From Trichoplax sp. H2 (taxonomy: Eukaryota), in contig NOWV01000214.1 of NCBI GenBank assembly GCA_003344405.1, positions 1-64,000 on the forward strand: a DNA stretch of 64,000 nt. Reading direction: 5' to 3'. Below, one piece after another: positions 29,001-41,435 of this stretch. The position numbers and the translations under genes were made by a program. The notes under the pieces are model-generated. The model had not been told where the DNA came from, did no database searches, and worked only from the letters and a program-made list of their open reading frames with translations. Within the stretch, counting starts at the first letter, position 1; the number at the start of each line of letters is the position of its first letter.

Positions 29001-31674
29001 CGACTGTTATATCTCTCAACCGAAATTTTTGACCGTTCGGTGTAAAACTATTTATACAGGGTTTATAAAGCAGATCTTAGTGCGTACTCGGTGCTTAATT
29101 GCTTTAATACAGCTTATCTGATAAAGATACCGAAAGTTTGTCTAACATATGGTTGTAAAATATAAACAGGTTTATAAAGCAGATTTTAGTACATGCTTAT
29201 ACAGCTTATCTGATAAAGACACGGAAAGTTTGCCATTACCTTGCACTACAGTTCAATTTAGACCAAATTCCAACAGTCGAGCTGGCTATCATCTCCTAGC
29301 AACTTGTGAGTATTTTCAAGATTAAAACTATTCTATCTCGTAAATTATAAATTTTTAAGTTTTAAATACTTTGAACTCTATATTTTAAAGAAAGCGTCCT
29401 AAAGATACTATTCCGTTTATAGCTATAAAATTTACAAATAAGTAAATATCATCATTTTCTGTAGATGCAAGTGGATTTGTCAAAGTTTGGCATGTAACTT
29501 CCAGTCAATGCCTATCGTCAGTAAAAGAACCTCGTCAAGTATTATGTGCTAGCTATACCTATGATGGCTCTTTATATGCTACGGCAGGATCAGATATGGA
29601 AATTTACGTATATGATTGTAGCACAAAGCAAAAAGCTCATACATGCGAAGCCAGGTGATGATTGTTTACCTAATATATCTTTCATAAGAATAGTTAATAG
29701 AAATGGAAATTATATTATCGGATATTTCATAGTTAATTACTTTAGTTAATATGATACTATCTGAATACCATCATCCAAAGTAGATATTTTGAATTAGTTT
29801 CCTGCTCTCACTGTATCTCAGCGTAAATATCAGTAAACTGAGGCAAGTCTGTTATACGTATACTGACATTAATTGGTGGAAAAGTTTGATAATTTATAGG
29901 ATGCGATATTCCTAAATTATTTACAAAATCAGATTCTTCTATATCAAGCAATTAACAATATGTTACGTGAACTTACTGCTTTTATATCTAATATATACAG
30001 AATATAGTAGCTTATTAAAGTAATGCTAGTACCAAGAGCTATCATGATACTGTTATAAAATTAAAAGGCTATTCGTACATTTAAGATTTCTGTAGTTGTA
30101 GTTGGTGTAATATCTTTCTCTTGTTTACAATCTGCTGTAATTCTTTTGCGTAACCGTATCCTACCGTCTTCTATTAACATTAACAAACTATTTCCTTCTC
30201 AGCTATTCTAAAATATCGATGGATGGCCATGTCTATCGAATTTTTTCGCTGCAATTTAAGAATAACGATCGCTCAACATTTTTATCCGGTGGCTGGGACA
30301 ACACAATACAGGTTGACAACGAAATGATGATAAAAATGTGATCTTGCACTAATTTCTATAATACTTATCATAGAATAACTATGATCTGGTATATGGATAC
30401 AATATCATGCTGAATATTTTGAGTCTAATCTAAAATCTAAAATAATACTGTACGTTAGAAAAAAATAAGCAGCCATTTTAATTAATAGATTTAATTTTAT
30501 CTCAAGTTCTCTTATATTGAGCATCAAGTTACTTTCAAATATTTATAAAATTCACAGTAATCATAACTGGAAATACTACAATTTTTATGATAATTTAACT
30601 GGCAGATATGATGTTATTTAGTTGTGCATAAGTCTGATTGTATTCTTATATTTCCGTTATAGTTCTGGGATTTAAGAGAAAAGCATTCCGTTAGGTATAT
30701 ATTCAAATATATTGAAAACATTACTTGATTATTAATTTCAATTGCGTGCTATTATCAACTTAAAATGTAATTAACTCCTGACAATTATATAAATTCTAGG
30801 TACATTTACGGGCCCCATTTATGCGGAGATTCATTAAGAATTGATTCATCTAATAAAAAGATTTTAACTGGATCATGGAGGAAAGATAAAGCTCTACAGG
30901 TACAGTATGATACTGATATATTGTTTGATGTTATAAGCATACTGGCCCGCTACCGAGATATTCTGTTGCCTCTTAGCTACGCAGTAGTACAGTAAAAATT
31001 AAATAAAATTGATATAAACCTGTTTGATAAACTGTAGATCAATAGATTAAGAGATGATATTGATAATATTTTATGTTATATTATATTTCATTTTATCTAG
31101 ATTTGGGATTACAATACTGGCGGTTTATTGCTGGATGTTGAACCTGATAATTATCCGTGTCAGGTTTGTTGTTGGACATTCTACTAATATCGTAGAAAAC
31201 ATTGAAAAATGTACTTCTATCTCAGATATGCTAATATAGCTACAGTATCTATAGCTAGGGAATTTAGTTCTCTGAAATAATACGACATAGCATGATGATA
31301 GTCGATGCCATAATGCAAATGGTCTTTCTTTTCAGCTCTATTGTGCGAACTGGCTAGGAAATGACTGCATCCTAGCTGCTGGAAATAATCGTAATATGGC
31401 TAGAGTGATTCATCGTACTTCTATGCAGGTACAGTTAATTCATATCCGTGCTAATGCAAATTTTATATTTACATTGTTAGTAATGGCAACTCATTATCTT
31501 ACTCAGTCACATGTGATATAATAAAGCTTACTTAATATCTCGAAATAAATTTGACAGACAACTGGCCGTGTACTAAATATGCCTGGCGGAATCTATACCT
31601 CCGATATTGATCCAAACGGGACAATTGCTCTTAGCTCTAAGCGAAACATTTATCGAGTAGAAAAATCCAAATAA
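26009..31674 (+). CDS. WD40-repeat beta-propeller protein, multi-exon
   Basis: Assembled exons: MSEDYIQNEPVATAEGCLKILQTV / QTNPTAEVMCCRFSDDGTLFAAGLSNGQIK / VYKADFSTCLYSLSDKDTESLPLPCTTVQFRP...LLATY / ASGFVKVWHV...ATAGSDMEIYVYD / DGHVYRIFSLQF...FLSGGWDNTIQ / FWDLRE / YIYGPHLCGDSL...ILTGSWRKDKALQ / IWDYNTG / LYCANWLG / TTGRVLNMPGGIY...KSK*. GT-AG introns with consistent phases where checked. Confidence 0.85.
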
Positions 31675-33402
31675 AAACGGACTATATTGATATCCAGATT
31701 AAATTTATGACTTGTTCTTCTCATTTCCTTTTCTATACCTCTAACAAATTCGATATGCAATTCTGGATTTGTTGATATAGTATTTCATCATATCATAACG
31801 ATCACATTTCATTAGAAAATATTTTTTGTTAGTCTGATTACTAGACATAGTTTTAATTGATTCATTAATTATACTAATACGTATAGCAAAGCGGGATATC
31901 GATGGAAGTGAATATGGATGTTGATTCATGATATAGCTTCATAAATTGAATCTGATGATATGCAATTCCTATAGTACATTAATACATTCAATTCGTCATA
32001 AGAATACTTTGGTGGCTTTACGATATTTTTTCGAACGTATTACACGTTATTAATCTATATATACTGTATCTGTCGTTATTTCAACTGGGGTATTTAACGC
32101 AAATTAATTAATTATTGACAGCTATAATAATGTAGTACCAAAGTACAGCAGCTGCTGCTTCCTTTTGTACCTGTTCAGTATTCCTATGGTTTCTTACAGT
32201 AAATTTTGGCTGTATAGTACTAGGATATTAATATTATACTTACTATAATTAATTAATGCCAATTTTATTAATGTCCTAGTTAACATTTGGTTATAACTTG
32301 CACTTACATAAAAGAATGAACTAGTTTTGTTTTCATGTTCGGTCTTAGGCAATGTATTCATTGTCGTCTAGTTACTTATGTATACCAATTAATTAGTAAT
32401 TGTGTATATTTTGCTTAAGACGAATATGTTCCATGCCAACAGTAAAACAAAAATATTACCGTATGTATTTAAGTTTACAGCTCTAAACCAGCTGTTGTGA
32501 TTTAATTTTAAAACTGCGGTAATTTGGATAGGCAACAAGATGTGTTTAATCATGTTAACAAGAATTGTCGATTATAACTACACTATAATGATAATAATAA
32601 TCATAATTTATAGTAACGATCTCCTCTGCATTTGTATGCCCAGTCGCAATGTAATAAAGCTCATACTATGTGATTAATTCACTGCTACTTAATTATGACT
32701 TCAGTCTATTCACTTAAATGTCATCCACAGGAATTCATAATTATCCAAATATAATTGATTAAATTGTTTATTGGCATCATCTGCTATTCGTGGATTGAAA
32801 GATAAACGCGATATCACTTCCAAGTCATAAGTCCACAGCAATACCAGACACCGTTGGATAACATAGTTTAAACAGTTGGTAAAAATGATAATTTTTGAAC
32901 TATGTTCCAACCATGTGCAGCAATACTGTACCAGTAGCCATCATTCATTGTCATTACTAACAAAACTAGAGTACTAAGCATTTTCTAGTCTGTAACATGA
33001 TATAAAATACAGAAATAAATAGAGCAACGACGAAAGAAGAGTCTAGCTCCTAATTACAATCGACTATCTACTATGCCAGTGCATACACTCGATAACTGAT
33101 CAAAGAGATCAAAATTCTTTGGCAGCGATAAATACAAGAGTATTGCAATCAAACAATACCCGCTTCCTTCAGCAATTGAATCACGCTGTAAAACTTTATA
33201 TATTTAAATAAGCCGCCTGCATATCGCTAATAGGTCATGGCTTGGATTATAACTCTCAAATGAACATACTATTACAACACAGAACGAAAACAACAGATCA
33301 CGCTAAGTAATAAACCAAGAATCGAAAGAAACTTATGAGACTACTATTACGTTGCTAGGTATACGGGGGTATGCGTGATAATAACAGTCAGGTAGTACGA
33401 CA

Positions 33403-35904
33403 CTATGCAAAGAATAGACCATAATTTTTGTAGAATAATCTCATTCTAATTGATTCTAATATCTTATCACTGATACTTGGATCTACAAGCCCCTCCTCGC
33501 TTCCAACAGTAGAGCAGCCATCACTATTGCCCCATGCGTTCAAGATCTGTCGAAATCGGTATGCAAGTAAATGAGCGTAATAGGTTGGAGCTGGTAACGA
33601 AACGACCGTTGTGCAACGTGTAAACATATGACACAAGGCATAGGTTAAACGTTGAAGGCGATCAGCTGGTATTTTAATATCATCATGCAGTACAACATAA
33701 TGAGTTGGACGTGAAGTCCCTTGGATTCCTAAGTGACTACATAAATAAAATTCGTGCTTACGAGCGCTTACAATCCCACTATCAACAACTGTGCCAGGAG
33801 GGACATTACCTGCGCGTCCAACAGAATCATGATGATTTTTGCAGAAGAAACGACTATGATGTCGTTTCTTAGTCACGATAAAAGTTATAGAAGGAAGATA
33901 ATCTTCTTCTAACTGGCGACATGCACTAATAATCCCTTGCAATTCAACGTCTTTAACTTGTGCAAATTGCCCGTCAGAAACACCATCACGATAAACGATA
34001 ATACGCTTAGGTTTAATGGAGCTAGTGTTGTAGTAGGCAATTAATAATTCTTTCATCATTTCTTCCATTGGTTGAATTATTTCTTGCTTGGGTGGCATAA
34101 TTCGAGCATTTGAATAATATCGTCCGGTCGATGGATTTAAGGTACCAACTAGTGCGGCAATAGAAGGCTTAATTTCATTTCGACCACTGTGAGAGACATC
34201 AGCCCCAACAATAAATGTTTCATTATCAAGATACGGTACATCATCTGGTGATACTTGACCTACAACAGCATTAATGCCACCTAATTTTAAATTAATTTTT
34301 AAGCATAAATTGCCAACAAATTGTGGATTGCATTTTTTTAGATTTTTACTTAAAACACATTGAGTTGGTATCAAGTAGAAGACATCAGACATCCTCTTTA
34401 CTTCTGCGTAGACATCATTTCTACCATTAGGTAGTATTACTACTACTAATTGGATAGTCCGACTGAAATTGCAAAAAGTACCTTCTACCTCTTTGATGTC
34501 ATAAATACTGATAACATTTGGCTTTTGCTGCACCGATATTCCGTAAGAACTTGAAAAGCGCATGAACGAATTAATAAACTGATCGACATCGCGATCATTC
34601 TTACGAATACCAAAAGTGATAATTGTCCAATTGCATAGCTGGCCACATTCGACAAATTGCTTACTTTTAAGATCCCAGCGGCCGCCTCTTGGTTCAACTT
34701 CGGTACCATCATACTTCAAAGGTAGCGGAGGTAAAACACGAGCCTGAATCTCTATCATGCGATTATTGACCTCTAGCTCGAATCTCCGCGCGTGTGGGTC
34801 AGCTTTGAAATCTGCTTCATTTACTGATGATTCAATAGCTGACTTTCGGTTTTTAGCTGGTTTAGCGGTAAATCGAATCATTTCCGCAACTTCACGATCA
34901 CTCAGCTTCTTCAAATACCTTTGAGCTGGTAAGATAAAACATAATTCTAATGGTAGAAAGATTTTCTTTACAGCTTTACCAAGTTGGACGCAAAATAAGC
35001 GTGGGTATTGTAATTGAATTCCATAACGTTGGTAAATATACTTTTCAACGCTAATTTCAACATCGCCCAGGTTGAACATTAGTCGTCGACTATCGATTTT
35101 GGTAAAATCGGTAATCGGATATTTTCTTTTGAAAGGGCCGTGTCGTGTTTCAACACGTCGACCTTTCAATTCACGTTTTAATCTGGCCAAGTTAGCATCA
35201 TTAATATTTATTAAACGATCAATTTGCATCCCGCCCAAGAAATTACAGCAGAATTCAACCAAATTACTTTCTTGATAGAAAGCCGTTGATACTGTGTCAA
35301 CATTTAAAGTTAGCATACCTTGACCAGGATGCAAACTTTGAAAGTAACCCATCCAAGCGATGTGACCGCTACCTAAATCTTTGACAGTTTCCGATGTTTG
35401 TCTGGAAAAAATAGACTTACCCACAGTCGTTACACTTTTACTTTTCAAGTAGCGTAAGACGATATCCATTGCCTGCAACGCATTGCCAATTTCCTCTTCT
35501 TCGCCAGCGAGGTAATTAACTAATTTTTGCAATCGAATCACCGCTACTTGCTTGATAATCAGTTGCAACTGACGTAATTTACCGCCAAATCCCTCTAAAT
35601 CGACAGAAAAGGTTTTACCTGACTTATCAATATCTGCTAATGGAGACGACGAGTAAAGATTGCGTGAACCATCAAATACAGGTTGTGCATTCGCAATTTC
35701 TTGTCGATATTTTTGAGCTAAAACTTCATAAGCACGCTTTATGTCATCCTTTCCAATAACAGTTGGTTCAATGGTCATATCGTAGTGATAAATGGTTAAT
35801 CTTGGATTGAATTTGACGGCGAAATGGTTGGCAAACACAATAATTTTCTGTTCTTTCTGGCCAGGAGCACCATGTTGCGGTAAGAAAGCCCTTTCAGTAG
35901 ACAT
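33403..35904 (-). CDS. Argonaute protein (AGO-like), 833 aa, intronless, slicer tetrad intact
   Basis: Full N-L1-PAZ-L2-MID-PIWI architecture. MID 5'-phosphate pocket: VYAEVKR, TQC, LKINLKLGG. PIWI catalytic residues: GADVSH (D), KQEII (E), YRDGVSDGQF (D), TYYAHLLA (H). Also KKRHHSRFF, GIQGTSRPTHY and RCTTVVSLPAP. Confidence 0.98.
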   Translation of the reverse strand: MSTERAFLPQHGAPGQKEQKIIVFANHFAVKFNPRLTIYHYDMTIEPTVIGKDDIKRAYEVLAQKYRQEIANAQPVFDGSRNLYSSSPLADIDKSGKTFSVDLEGFGGKLRQLQLIIKQVAVIRLQKLVNYLAGEEEEIGNALQAMDIVLRYLKSKSVTTVGKSIFSRQTSETVKDLGSGHIAWMGYFQSLHPGQGMLTLNVDTVSTAFYQESNLVEFCCNFLGGMQIDRLININDANLARLKRELKGRRVETRHGPFKRKYPITDFTKIDSRRLMFNLGDVEISVEKYIYQRYGIQLQYPRLFCVQLGKAVKKIFLPLELCFILPAQRYLKKLSDREVAEMIRFTAKPAKNRKSAIESSVNEADFKADPHARRFELEVNNRMIEIQARVLPPLPLKYDGTEVEPRGGRWDLKSKQFVECGQLCNWTIITFGIRKNDRDVDQFINSFMRFSSSYGISVQQKPNVISIYDIKEVEGTFCNFSRTIQLVVVILPNGRNDVYAEVKRMSDVFYLIPTQCVLSKNLKKCNPQFVGNLCLKINLKLGGINAVVGQVSPDDVPYLDNETFIVGADVSHSGRNEIKPSIAALVGTLNPSTGRYYSNARIMPPKQEIIQPMEEMMKELLIAYYNTSSIKPKRIIVYRDGVSDGQFAQVKDVELQGIISACRQLEEDYLPSITFIVTKKRHHSRFFCKNHHDSVGRAGNVPPGTVVDSGIVSARKHEFYLCSHLGIQGTSRPTHYVVLHDDIKIPADRLQRLTYALCHMFTRCTTVVSLPAPTYYAHLLAYRFRQILNAWGNSDGCSTVGSEEGLVDPSISDKILESIRMRLFYKNYGLFFA

Positions 35905-37704
35905 GCTTGATTTTACGTTTTGTCTCGTAGATCTTTAGTTGCTTAACACTAGTGCTTCAAAGCCAAAGATACCAAAGACAGTGCTGTAAATTAAAATAGA
36001 TATAGAGAAATTGGTTTCAGAAACGAAATAGGACATTGACATCTTTACGCACAGTCACATTTGTTTCTCACGTCGAATAATAACTAGAAAGACAGTGAAC
36101 GCTGAGCTAATAAGAATTTTCACCGGCACTGATTTGGCAGCAGGTGGATTACTTGACTTCCTATGGTTCATCACTACAGTAATCCATTCTTTTTACCCTT
36201 ACCTACAGTGATGCCACGGTGGTTTAGAAATTATACGTGCTACTTTGATTATGATAAATTGTTCAATGTTAATAACCTATTGACTGCTACCGTTAATTTA
36301 AAAACTAAACTGCGTAGAAGGTACGTACAGTATTGTGTACAATAGTTCTAGATACCTTTTCATTACCTTATTATTTTAAATTAAAAGAAAAAGATTATCT
36401 AACACCGTCATCAGCCTTGAATTTCTTACTATACAGTACAGCAGTTCCATTTATCAGAAATTGTCTTGGGCTGCTAAGCAGCAAAATATCCAATTTTAGT
36501 CTCATTTTAGTGCCAACCATGAAGGTACAGTAGAACGGTATACGACAGATAGTGAGAGTATCTTGACAGAACATGAATACCAATTTTTGAAAAAAAATTG
36601 GTTACGGTATTTTATTGATCAGTGGCTTCTGTCTTGGCTAATGGGCATATTATATAGAGACCCTGATAGAATTGCATCCGAGGATGATCTAAAGTACTTT
36701 GACAAATAATGAACAATTTTTTTTCATTTCGTACAATACTCCTCTAATCCGTTGTCTCGCTTGGCTGATAAGCATTTTAAGAATTATTATCTAAGGGGAA
36801 TAACCCTGCAGGGATCAACATCAATATACGACTCCTCTGTATTATATGTATGTATAAAATCGACTCTCCTATATTACGAATACCAATCTACCGTACACTA
36901 CTGTACTGTATTAGGATCTACGTAATGGACTTTCGCTTGATCCCAATTTTCTACTGATCAGTATCGTCACTTGGATGCTCTGTAGCAATTTATTAGCTTC
37001 ATTTTAACTAAAAGAGAAAAAATACCGGACGACATTATGCAATGTCAACACAGTACAATAGATGCTGTAGTTCCATGTGGTATTAGAAGCCCATTGCAGA
37101 CTATTTGACGCTAAAAGCACATTGATTATTGACCGTCTCCATTAGTAGTCGGGAAGCGAGACCCATACAGGCATTGCTAGCGTTCTCTAAACTCCATTCA
37201 TGTTAGCGATCAATCATGTCATACAATACAGTAAATAAAATACCATAGCGTACTACACTATCCTAAGTTAACAGCGCGACAACTATTTGCCGACAAAGGA
37301 CGAAAACCAATGTCATTTTCCGCCATATTGCGCTGTGACAAATGTGTGGAATTTTGCGCGCGCATTTGAAAGCACCGATCAACAGACAAAAATTAAATCG
37401 CATCTTAGCAACTTTTCTGCTGGTAGGCAGTCAATATAGGATAGGAAAGTATCGGACTACCTTCCAGCAATAATATAAGGATCGAGGCAATTACCTTGCA
37501 GTTGTCAATTTTCTCTTCTTTTTGGCGGCTTGTATTGCTTTGCAAAACTGGAGGATGCCAATTCGACTGTCATATAAAAGTAAGAGTAGAAAGAAAAGGT
37601 TGCAAGCTGCTTTTATACTGGCCAACAGGTTGTTGACGAGTCACACCACTGCCAATGAATAGTATGACGACTGCTTCAAGCTACACACGCTCACTCACGT
37701 TGCA

Positions 37705-38527
37705 TTGTTTACTGCACTGGTGAGGTCTAGTGCAGCTGAAAGAAAATCTTGCATTCAACCTTTGTGCTATTGTACTCCGTTATCAACGTCGACAACTGAA
37801 TGCGACACACAGCCTGTCGTGGTGACGGTTGAAGCGACCCTCTCCTACATTGTTCACTGCCCTGGTGAGGTCTAGTGCAGCTGAAAGTAAAGCTTGCATT
37901 CAACCTTTGTGCTACTCTACTCCGTTATCAACGTCGATAACTGAATGCGACACACAGCCTGTCGTGGTGACGGTTGAAGCGACCCTCTCCTACATTGTTC
38001 ACAGCCCTTGGTGAGGTCTAGTTAGACCTGACCGTCTAGTACAGCTGAAAGAAAATCTTGCATTCAACCTTTGTGCTATTGTACTCCGTTATCAACGTCG
38101 ACAACCGAATGCGACACACACTCTGTCGTGGCGACGGTTGAAGCGACACTCTCATCCATTGTTCACAGCCCTGGTGAGGTCTAGTGCAGCTGAAAGAAAA
38201 TCTTGCATTCAACCTTTGTGCTACTGTTACTCCGTTATCAACGTCGACAACTGAATGCGACACACACTCTGTCGTGGCGACGGTTGAAGCGACCCTCTCC
38301 TCCATTGTTCACAGCCCTGGTGAGGTCTAGTTAGACCTGACCGTCTAGTGCAGCTGAAAGAAAATCTTGCATTCAACCTTTGTGCTACTGTACTCCGTTA
38401 TCAACGTCGATAGGCGAATGCAACACACACTCTGTCGTGGTGACGGTTGAAGCGACACTCGCCTACATTGTTCACTGCCCTGGTGAGGTCTAGTGCAGCT
38501 GAAAGTAAAGCTTGCATTCACCCTTTG
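37705..38527. repeat. Tandem array, ~5.5 copies of a 145/163-bp GC-richer unit
   Basis: The anchor (c/t)tggtgaggtctagt occurs at 37717, 37862, 38008, 38171, 38317 and 38480 (spacings 145, 146, 163, 146, 163). Copies are near-identical; copies 3 and 5 carry an extra tagacctgaccgtctagt. Confidence 0.95.
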
Positions 38528-38616
38528 AACTGTACTGTACAGTACAGTGTACAGTACAGTACAGTACAGTATAGCGTTCTACAGTACTGTATAATACAGT
38601 ACTGTACTGTACAGTA
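38528..38616. repeat. (TACAG/CTGTA)n mixed-orientation microsatellite
   Basis: tgtactgtacagtacagtgtacagtacagtacagtacagtatag...tacagtactgtactgtacagta terminates the array. Confidence 0.8.
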
Positions 38617-38874
38617 TATCAACGTTGGTGAGTGGATGCGAATACCCAACAAGCACTCTGTCCTCGTGACGCTTGCAACACGTGCTTCAACCTTGTAAAA
38701 TATTAAAAAATATATTATTATTATATTATTTATTATTATTATTTGTTTATTTTATTTATTTTATTTACCGATACCCATGCAGCCGTTACTGGTGCATTGC
38801 CTCTGTGCACTATCAGGTATGGAAACGAAGGCGAAGTCGAGGAATGGTGAAAGCATTTCGGTGTCCAAAGACAT

Positions 38875-39420
38875 CAATAAATAAGCGTCGATCAATAAGA
38901 AAAGCTTTAAGCAGTATTTCGTTTTGTATTGATTGGGCAGCATTGATGATGGTACCTCACAATTTTTCACTTATTAAACTGTTGCAATGCCTAAGAATGA
39001 CAATGGCAACTTTCTTGCAATGCAATGGATCCTCCGTTTCTTCTAACTAATGAAGAATCGGTAGTAAAGGGTCAGCAATATCAATGGACTTCTAATCAAG
39101 GATTGAAAACCCTACTAAAATAGCTCAAATAAAAAAAAGGTGTTTTCATTTTTGCTGTGATCTCGTATAAATAAGCGTCAATAAATAAGAAGCTTTGAGC
39201 AGTATTCCATTTTGCATTGATTGGATAGCACTGAGGGTACCTCGAAATTTTTCACTTATGAAACTGTTGTAATCCCTAAGAATGACAATGGCAACTTTCT
39301 TGCAATGCAATGAATCCTCCGTTTCTTCTAACTAATGAAGAATCGGTCAATGGGCTTCTTGCTAAGGATTGAAGACCTTTCTAAAATAGCTCAAATAAAA
39401 AAAAATGTTTTCATTTTCGG
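38875..39420. repeat. ~290-bp direct duplication, followed by degenerate repeats to ~40800
   Basis: 38876-39150 is repeated at 39167-39418, e.g. cctaagaatgacaatggcaactttcttgcaatgcaatg.atcctccgtttcttctaactaatgaagaatcgg occurs twice. Confidence 0.85.
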
Positions 39421-41435
39421 AGAAATGCGTAATCTCGTGTGAATTAACAAATAAAATTACGATCATTGTTTTCGCCAGTCCTTGAGAAACTACTCAAGTC
39501 TATGGACTGCATGATCTACTACGTTACAACATGTCTATGATGTTGCGTAAAAGAAAACCCAAACACGAGCATTAGAAGCAAATAAATTCCTTTCATTTTT
39601 TAGCAATCCCCGAGAAATCTGAGAAATTACTACAGCATACTCATGTCCTCAGGATGACACTACAGTACAATGGCTACACTAGAACGATAGGTCTTCTCTG
39701 TAAAGAAATAAATCAATCGAATTACTTTCATTTTTGCCAGCTCTTGCGACAGTATAGACTTGAGAAACCTAAGAAATAGTATTTTATGTCGGAAAGTTTA
39801 TCAGTAACAGATTCCGGATCGACGCGAGAACGTACTTGTAGTCTCGAGTCCTTGTGCCCAAGTCTGAGACTAGGTCATAACCCTTTGTACTCTTTTGCGC
39901 AAATAAATCAAATGGCTTTCATTCTTGAAGCAGTCCCTGGAAAGATAGACACAATATTATAACAACATCATGCCCTTTCTCCTTACGCAAGTACAGGGAC
40001 TACTCAACTTAGATTTCTCCATCTGAAACCTTATTTTCTGTTACGGCTTTTGGAGGGGGAATTCCCGGGGAAATCTTAGTTGAACCGTTCCTGGTAAATC
40101 AATAAAATGGCTTTCATTCTTTAGTAGTCCATGGCAAAGTTCTTGTTCATAGGTCTACGACAGTATATTACTACGTAAAGTTCTTCCTTGCTAACATGCG
40201 TAGTGGATAGTGTGTATTTACAAGTCTCAAAGGATCAAAAGGGCTTCTAGCTTGGCGTTCAAGACAGAAGCGACAATTTTGGACTACTAAATGAAAAAAG
40301 GATTTATAAAATTTTTTAGTTGTCATTAAGAATGTAGCTGTATTCCAACCGATGACACTACATTATAACGTGAAATTCCTACTTGCTATAGTATAACTCG
40401 TGTGTAATATATATAGTATTTGTAGTTGACATTGATAATTAACTTAAGGTTAGCAATGTAGAAGGGCTTCTAACTTAACCTTTAAGATCTACCTAGTAAC
40501 TTGGGCTACTAAAATAATAAAAACAAATAAAAGGAAAACGTTTTTCTATTGCTTTTACAGTCATTGAGAGAGCACATATACTCAAATCTATGGCACTGCA
40601 TTGTGATGTGCAGTTACTCCTTACTAATACGGATTTGTAATATCGACAGGTTTCCGGTTCAGGGCTGAAGGCCTAAGTAGTTGCTATTGTAAATTAACTG
40701 TAGACTATTCAAAAATAAAAAATCAGCGTAAATAAACTAAACTTTTTCATGTTTTTAGTAATCCTAGAGAAAGTACTTGTGCTTCAATCTATGACATTGG
40801 TTTATAATATCAAGTACCTCCTGGCTATCACCTGTACTTGATAGTCAAGATGGACAATGCCATAAGGTTATTAGATTGTGAGAAAGCACATACAAATCCA
40901 AGTCTAGGATACTGTATTACTCGATGAAATTTCTCCGGGTCAATATCATACTACTGTACTTGGGTTTTTGAATCTTGGCTAAATTTTCCTTTTTATACCA
41001 AAAGATTACGCCACGACTAATATCCAATGGGTATAATTGCCTAAAGCATAGCTTTAAGCTACAACTCGCTATGATAACTAGTCGATCTTTTGATTCTCAC
41101 ATAACTGCCAGCAAAAAATCCAAGTGAAATGTTCGTACTGTTAGCTCATGCCAATAAAAACTTTCTAAAATCCATAACTAATGCATTCTCAGATCACATT
41201 TTATTATGAAGGCATAACACTCAGTCAATATAGTATGAGAGGTGATTAATTCGTTAACATACCTAGGAATATACTGTACACAGGCGTACGTAGTACTTCT
41301 ATAAAGTTCTAGGGACGTAATTCAACTACAATCCCTAAAATTAACAGCCTATTATGCAATAAAACGGGATTACGGAATAGCAGTATTTACAATTTTTTTA
41401 CAGTGTGCTCATAACAGTATTTATGGAATTGTCAA

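Noticed and set aside
37705..38527. CRISPR-like array or hammerhead retrozyme (CTGGTGA-stem resembles CUGAUGA-stem II)
   Set aside because: Whole units are repeated with no unique spacers. The core has G at an invariant A position and no GAAA directly follows the stem. An Infernal scan would settle it.
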